A DNA stretch of 64,000 nucleotides, taken from the NCBI GenBank assembly GCA_963706575.1, contig CAVPNL010000005.1, positions 64,001-128,000 of the forward strand. The letters are read 5' to 3'. Shown here in pieces: positions 58,468 to 64,000 of this stretch. A model generated the notes under the pieces. It had not been told where the DNA came from. It saw only the letters and a program-made list of their open reading frames with translations, and ran no database searches. The position numbers and the translations under genes were made by a program. How positions within the stretch are numbered: the first letter of the stretch is position 1; each line of letters starts with the position of its first letter. Source of the DNA: an uncultured delta proteobacterium (GTDB lineage Bacteria; Desulfobacterota; Desulfobacteria; Desulfobacterales; JAHEIW01).

Positions 58468-59532
58468 ATGGCGAGATTTTTCAAGAAACGCGAAGAGACC
58501 AAAGGCCTGTCTCCGGGTTCCTTGGTTTTCATCGGAAACAAAAAGGTAGAAAATGTTCGGATTCGTGTCATCGATTACGATGGGGCTCAATTAAAGGAAG
58601 ACGAATTAAAAGATATTGCCGAAGGAGCGGAATTCAAACGCACCAACACGGTTACCTGGATAAATGTAGACGGGCTCCATGATCTTGCGTTGATGAAAGA
58701 AATTGGGAGTATATTCGATCTGCACCCGTTGTTAATGGAAGATATACTGAATACCGGACAGCGCCCCAAACTTGAAGAATTTGAAAATTGTCTTTTCCTT
58801 GTCGTAAAAATGCTTCGTTACGACAAGGAAAAACAAATGATTATTTCAGAACAATTAAGTATGGTGCTGGGCGATACATTTCTGCTGACCTTTCAGGAGC
58901 AACCGGGAGATGTATTTGAACCGGTCCGGGAGCGGATCAGAAAACAAAAAGCAAGGATCCGGGCATCGGGTATCGATTATCTGGCATACGCTTTGCTGGA
59001 TTGCGTAGTCGAAAATTATGTTTTCATCATTGAAAGATTGGGCGAGCAAATTGAAGATATTGAAGAAGAAGTTTTGGAAAAAGCCGAGCCGGCAGTGATG
59101 GAAAAGATTAATGCGTTTAAACGTGAAATGAATTTTTTAAGAAAGTCCGTTAGACCGGCCAGAGAAGCCGTCATACAACTCTCCAAATTGGATTCCGAAC
59201 TCATCAATGATCAAACGGTTCCCTTTTTAAAAGACCTGCAGGATCTGATCACCCAGGCTGCGGAGGCCATTGATACTTACCGGGATATGCTTTCGGATCA
59301 ATTGAACCTGTACAATTCAGTCGTCGGCAATCGAATGAACGACATTATGAAGGTATTGACGATTTTTGCCGCCATATTTATTCCGCTCACATTTATTGCA
59401 GGCATTTATGGTACAAATTTTGAGTATCTACCCGAACTCAAATTTAAATACAGCTACTTCTTTTTCTGGGGCGTAATGCTTGCTGTCGCAGCTGTAATGT
59501 TAATATTTTTTAGAAAAAAGAAATGGTTATAG
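58468..59532 (+). CDS. corA: Magnesium/cobalt transporter CorA
   Basis: 'LHPL..EDILNTGQRPK' and 'MN.IMKVLTIFAAIFIPLTFIAGIYGTNF' (GTN variant of GMN); SD GAGGAGG. Confidence 0.95.
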   Translation: MARFFKKREETKGLSPGSLVFIGNKKVENVRIRVIDYDGAQLKEDELKDIAEGAEFKRTNTVTWINVDGLHDLALMKEIGSIFDLHPLLMEDILNTGQRPKLEEFENCLFLVVKMLRYDKEKQMIISEQLSMVLGDTFLLTFQEQPGDVFEPVRERIRKQKARIRASGIDYLAYALLDCVVENYVFIIERLGEQIEDIEEEVLEKAEPAVMEKINAFKREMNFLRKSVRPAREAVIQLSKLDSELINDQTVPFLKDLQDLITQAAEAIDTYRDMLSDQLNLYNSVVGNRMNDIMKVLTIFAAIFIPLTFIAGIYGTNFEYLPELKFKYSYFFFWGVMLAVAAVMLIFFRKKKWL

Positions 59533-59670
59533 CTGATTTGCTAAGACAGTTTGCCCGGAAAATGACGAGACATCTTACCCGGGGCTGTCGCGGTGCAGTT
59601 TAATGACCGCAAAAAACGATTCATTCAACAAGGAATCGCAATCGAATTGCACAAAAAAAAGGAGCGTTTT

Positions 59671-60108
59671 ATGAAATTACCTCAATACGTCAGCATTGAA
59701 GAAGTAAAGCGGGTTTGCAAAGCGCTAAAAATTAGCGATTGGACGAAAAAGAAAGAAGCGAAAGTCTCTATCAAAGAAGCCAAGATGGTTCTGGCCGAGC
59801 TTAATCCAAGAGGCTTGAATATTGATCCCGGGGCGTTTTGCGATGGGCTGGAAGTTGAACTTGAGCACGGGATGCAATTCAAAGATGCCAATGTAACCAA
59901 TAATCACCCCTTGCTGACCGGCCTGATTGTCCTGGCGCATTTCAAAGAGTCGCTGGATTACTATAGATTGCTTGAGGTAGCCGAGCTGGAAGGAGACTTA
60001 ATGAAGGCCGTTGCTAAGGGCAATGCCGCCAAAATTAAAGAATATTACAAACGGCTGGCGAAAGCCAAAATCGTCCTCAATAAGGCCGTGTTGAACCGTG
60101 TAAATTGA
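59671..60108 (+). CDS. DUF5661-like hypothetical protein
   Basis: SD AAGGAG + ATG 59671; motif 'GLEVELEHG...NVTN...IVLAHFKE..DYY..L'. Confidence 0.65.
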   Translation: MKLPQYVSIEEVKRVCKALKISDWTKKKEAKVSIKEAKMVLAELNPRGLNIDPGAFCDGLEVELEHGMQFKDANVTNNHPLLTGLIVLAHFKESLDYYRLLEVAELEGDLMKAVAKGNAAKIKEYYKRLAKAKIVLNKAVLNRVN

Positions 60109-60249
60109 GAAATCCAAGACAGCTCGATGATTCAAAATATCTCAAAAATTTATCTGATCCGTTTGCCATCCATTGGATTTATTGTGGTACTGGCTTTATT
60201 GTCCCACATCTTAAACCAAAGCATTCTTTAAAGAGCGATTACTATAATC

Positions 60250-60624
60250 ATGGAAAAGGATACTTCAAAATTAAATTACGAAGAAAAGCTGCAAAAGGCT
60301 CTTGATCATGATTCGGACAACATCATTATCAATGAGATCCAGCTGCTTCTGGCTGAAAAAAGGACCTCGCTGGCTGCGATGCGAACCGGGATTGCAGTCC
60401 TTGTGCTACCGCTCTCCGTGATGAGCGTGCTGATTGCCACCTCGAAGTATTACGATGTTCTGCATGTGATGCATCTGCTCCTGCCTTTGTTGGGCTTATG
60501 CGCAGCGTTGATCGCACTGGGGGCTTATCTCATCATTCGTGCGATCATACGGATTCGGCACCAGGATCGCCACATTCTGGAGATTAAGCGCAAACACAGT
60601 CGCATCGCCGAATTCATGGACTGA
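60250..60624 (+). CDS. DUF202 (YidH-like) membrane protein
   Basis: 'LLAEKRTSLAAMRTG' followed by 2 TM segments. Confidence 0.7.
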   Translation: MEKDTSKLNYEEKLQKALDHDSDNIIINEIQLLLAEKRTSLAAMRTGIAVLVLPLSVMSVLIATSKYYDVLHVMHLLLPLLGLCAALIALGAYLIIRAIIRIRHQDRHILEIKRKHSRIAEFMD

Positions 60625-60738
60625 GATGCAATCCAATAGATGTCGACGCGAATGAACTTCCATCAAAGCGCAGATCTTCTCGAAATTGTCAAAGAAAACT
60701 TCCTTCCGTGGAATAATAGATCGAAACATGGCACACTT

Positions 60739-61593
60739 CTATTTTTTCGTTTTCTCATAATAAGGCAATGCCTCGGGTAGATATTTTTTAATGTCAGCGA
60801 TTCGCGTTTCGGTTGCCGGATGCGTGGATAAAAATTCGGGAGGGCGCGATTTTCCTTCCTGTTTGCTCATTCTTTCCCAAAACGGGATTGCCTCGCGGGG
60901 GTCATAGCTCGCCCGGGCCATGAGCGTCAGCCCGATGCGATCAGCCTCGCTTTCATGCAAACGGCTGTATGGCAGCAAGAACCCCACATTGGCCCCCACG
61001 CCGTATACGGTCATGAAAAGCTGTTGAGTTTGCTGCGGCTGCCGGGACAAAGCAACGGATAGCGCCATTCCGCCCATGTTGGCAATGAGGGCTTCGCTCA
61101 TGCGCTCATTGCCGTGGTCGGCCAGCGCATGGGCCACCTCATGGCCCAGCACCACGGCCAGACCGGTTTCATTCTGGGTATAAGGTAAAATACCGGTGTA
61201 TACGGCCGCCCTGCCACCCGGCATGACCCAGGCATTGACGGTTTTGTCGTCCTCGATAAGATTAAACTCCCATTTGAAGTTTTTAATTGTGCCCTGTTGA
61301 CCGGTTTCGGCTAAAAAGGTCTCTGTGGCTTTGGCGATCCGGTTTCCTACCCGCCTAACCATTTCCACTTTTTGAGTGTCGGTGGACAGCTTGCTTTTTT
61401 TCAATACCTCATCATACTGCTGAAGACTCATGCTCAACAGCTCGGTTTCCGGCACCAGGTGCAACCCCTTGCGATGGGTAATGGGTACTTCGGCACAACC
61501 CTGAAGTTGAAAAAGCAGCAAAATTGCTGCAATCAGGGCGCCGAGTCCGCGGCGTTCATGAATCTGATGTTTGCTTGATTTCATGATTCTCAA
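60739..61593 (-). CDS. M48 family metallopeptidase lipoprotein
   Basis: Lipobox LQGC, 'NAWVMPGG', HEVAH, 'YSRLHESEAD.IG' and 'FLSTHP'. Confidence 0.93.
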   Translation of the reverse strand: MRIMKSSKHQIHERRGLGALIAAILLLFQLQGCAEVPITHRKGLHLVPETELLSMSLQQYDEVLKKSKLSTDTQKVEMVRRVGNRIAKATETFLAETGQQGTIKNFKWEFNLIEDDKTVNAWVMPGGRAAVYTGILPYTQNETGLAVVLGHEVAHALADHGNERMSEALIANMGGMALSVALSRQPQQTQQLFMTVYGVGANVGFLLPYSRLHESEADRIGLTLMARASYDPREAIPFWERMSKQEGKSRPPEFLSTHPATETRIADIKKYLPEALPYYEKTKK

Positions 61594-61734
61594 TTCTCCT
61601 TTTTGGTTACTTTTTTAAACCAGCAACCCAGCCGTTTCTAGCCGGAAAAATTTTGCTCTAGCTCAGAAACGTCCAGCACTTCTTCTATATACCGGAAAAA
61701 AAGCAGCGGCCGCAGCGGTTGTTTGATGACCCAA

Positions 61735-62457
61735 TTAAATTTGCTTGCCTTTATCCCGCAGGCGCGTGAGTTCAGAAAGCAGATCGACCTGAATTTGCTG
61801 GATTTCAACCAGCCGCTCCCACTGGTGCGACAGGAGATGGTCGACTTTGTCGTGCAGTTGCCTGATTTCAAGCTCGGCTTTTAAGTTTACGCGGTAATCA
61901 TGCTGCGACCGCAAACGGTCTTTGATCTCCACTCGGTTCTGGCTCATCATGATAACGGGGGCCTGAATGGCCGCCAGACAGGACAACACCAGGTTCAGCA
62001 AAATAAACGGATAGGGATCAAAGGGTCTTTTTAGCAGCAGAAATGAATTCAGCGCAATCCATATCAACAGAATTGAAGCGAATATAATAAGGAAGGTCCA
62101 GCTACCCCCGAAGGATGCCAGCCTGTCAGCCATTTTTTCGCCCAGGGTCGAATCTTTTTCGAACTCGGCATCGACATTGCTTGAAAGCGTTTCGTGGCGT
62201 TGAAGACTCTCCAGGACTTCATGGTCCAATGTCGTCAGTTCTCCCTTTTCAGATTCCAGCAGGTTCTGAATATACTGCATGCGGAATTGATTCAGATCGC
62301 TAAGGCAAATATAACCCTCCGGTTTCCAGTCCGGGTAAGATCTCTTAATCTGCTCTGTCACGGCGTTTCGAACAAGCGCTGCCGGCATCATCCGGGCCCT
62401 GGCCTTGGTCTTGCCGCAAATATTGCAGACCATGTTTTTCGATTGCGATGCTTTCAT
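61735..62457 (-). CDS. DUF1003 domain membrane protein
   Basis: 'AD..A.FGGSWTF' and 'FDPYPFILLNLVLSCLAAIQAPVIMMSQNR'. Confidence 0.92.
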   Translation of the reverse strand: MKASQSKNMVCNICGKTKARARMMPAALVRNAVTEQIKRSYPDWKPEGYICLSDLNQFRMQYIQNLLESEKGELTTLDHEVLESLQRHETLSSNVDAEFEKDSTLGEKMADRLASFGGSWTFLIIFASILLIWIALNSFLLLKRPFDPYPFILLNLVLSCLAAIQAPVIMMSQNRVEIKDRLRSQHDYRVNLKAELEIRQLHDKVDHLLSHQWERLVEIQQIQVDLLSELTRLRDKGKQI

Positions 62458-63122
62458 GATTGAATTTAACTCCTGTAATTTGTTTTATAGACCCTGCACA
62501 CCCCCTCATTGTTTCGCCCTTTATTACCTTAGTGAATAAACCCGTTCCAATAAAGGGAAATTTTTTAAAAGTTTTCTTATCGATGTGTTTCCGCGGTGCA
62601 GAAGAAAAAAAAGACCGTTACAGAAATAAAGACAGAGTCGAAATTGGACTGCTTTTAGAAGGTTGAGGTCGGAAGTATTTTTTCCTTATAGGACAACATT
62701 ATTGGCTTGTACAGTGTTATTTATTGCCTGGTTTGCCCCTTTTGTAAAGCGCTAAACTCGTTGCGCTAAATCCTGAAGACCCGGGCCAATTCGTCTGTTC
62801 AGTCAAATATTTGAAGCGCTTACGCTGCACTTCTCTATTCGATTTTCGACAAAAGCCGCAAGATTGATTCCAAAGAGATTCTGAAATGGCTTCTAGTTGT
62901 TTTAAGTATCTTAGCAGATTGGGGCACAACTTTTTTTCATATTCAAGCAGTGTTAAAGGCACGATAGGCCTTTATGAGATCCAACTGATATATTGCAAAA
63001 TCAACGGTCATGCTGTAGAAAAATAGATCTAATCCGTTTTGAATAAAATACTTGAGCAAGGCTCGATCAAATGCGCGGCTGAAGAATTAGCAAGCCGGAA
63101 AGTTCATGCTTATGGAGGAAAA

Positions 63123-64000
63123 ATGGGAAAGCATCTCGTATTGATCGGCGGCGGGCATGCCCATATGACCGTGATGGTAAATCTGAGGGGTTATATCAAG
63201 CGCGGTCATCGGGTAACGCTGATTGGCCCGTCGGCCTATCATTATTATTCCGGGATGGGACCCGGGTTGCTGGGTGGAATATACCGGCCTCAAGAGGCTC
63301 GTTTTCATGTTCAAAAGATGGTAGAAGATCGAGGGGCTGCCTTCATTCAGGATACCGTCACGCGCATCGATCCGGATCGAAAGGTTTTGCTTCTCAAATC
63401 CGGCGGGGAAATTGCCTATGACGTGGTTTCCTGCAACACCGGCAGCACGGTTCCCACAGATGAAGATCAAGTTGCCGGTGATCATATTTTTACCGTCAAA
63501 CCGATTGAAAATCTGATCAAAGTGCGCCAGATGCTCCAGGCCGGATTGGGCATCCGGACCCCAAAGCTTATCGTTGTCGGCGGCGGCGCTGCTGCTCTGG
63601 AACTCACCGGCAATCTCTGGCGATTGGTTCAGCAGACTGAAACAGCGGCTGCCATCACCGTTTTGGGTGGTCGCCATTTCTTGTCTGCCATGCCGCCAAA
63701 AGCCCAGAAGTATGTCAGAAAATCACTGGCGACTCGAAACATCGAGATCGTCGAAGGCGCTTACGTGAGTCGTTTAAACGGCAATCGTGCGGTATTGGAA
63801 GACGGCGAAGAATTTCCATTTGACCTGGCACTTTTGGCGTGGGGAATTCGGCCCTCAAATCTTTTCCGCGATTCCGGCTTGCCCACAGGCAACGACGACG
63901 GTCTTTTAGTCAATACCTTCCTGCAAAGTGTCGCCTATCCGGAGATTTTTGGCGGCGGGGATTGTATCAGCTTTGAACAAAGACCGCTGGATAAAGTGGG
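63123..64000 (+). CDS. FAD-dependent pyridine nucleotide-disulfide oxidoreductase (family found alone or fused to SelD); 3' truncated by the window
   Basis: Not in the ORF track. SD GGAGG, ATG 63123, then MGKHLVLIGGGHAH...YYSGMGPG...VKPIE...VVGGGAAALE...IFGGGDC, open to the window end. Confidence 0.88.
   Translation, partial: MGKHLVLIGGGHAHMTVMVNLRGYIKRGHRVTLIGPSAYHYYSGMGPGLLGGIYRPQEARFHVQKMVEDRGAAFIQDTVTRIDPDRKVLLLKSGGEIAYDVVSCNTGSTVPTDEDQVAGDHIFTVKPIENLIKVRQMLQAGLGIRTPKLIVVGGGAAALELTGNLWRLVQQTETAAAITVLGGRHFLSAMPPKAQKYVRKSLATRNIEIVEGAYVSRLNGNRAVLEDGEEFPFDLALLAWGIRPSNLFRDSGLPTGNDDGLLVNTFLQSVAYPEIFGGGDCISFEQRPLDKV

Noticed and set aside
62717..62962. 81-aa minus-strand ORF
   Set aside because: No SD, no recognisable motif and a GTG start in an AT-rich spacer, so it cannot be supported.
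63087..63677. 196-aa minus-strand ORF
   Set aside because: It is the antisense shadow of the plus-strand FAD oxidoreductase starting at 63123.

Overview
This is a chromosomal housekeeping region, most likely from a Desulfobacterota (Desulfobacterales-like) bacterium; the taxonomy is inferred from gene content and repeat style. In order, it holds a PA2778/PA2779 pair, dodecin, an ECF sigma/anti-sigma/Spy-like module, an (alpha/alpha)-barrel hydrolase resembling mycobacterial MmpH plus an LbH acyltransferase, a heat-shock cluster (MFS, two Hsp20, Lon), RlpA, an MltF-like protein and MscS. These are followed by a complete complex I operon with a NuoBCD fusion, then envelope and ion-homeostasis genes (SH3, CNNM, GalT-like, YIP1, SpoIIE, LapA, DUF748, a cation-chloride cotransporter, MscS, EpmA, a YbhGFSR-like ABC exporter, an ABC protein with a split NBD, Kup, DedA, CorA, M48, DUF1003 and a FAD oxidoreductase). 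I found no rRNA, tRNA, CRISPR array or transposase. The most unusual signal is non-coding. Intergenic spacers, including 7 of the nuo operon, carry short gene-less cassettes of periodic 7-, 8- and 9/10-mer units in inverted and sometimes nested arrangement. Several other palindromic MITE/REP/IS605-type elements are also present. Many genes beyond 32 kb carry 1-bp frameshifts that look like assembly errors. All family assignments come from motif recognition, not database searches.
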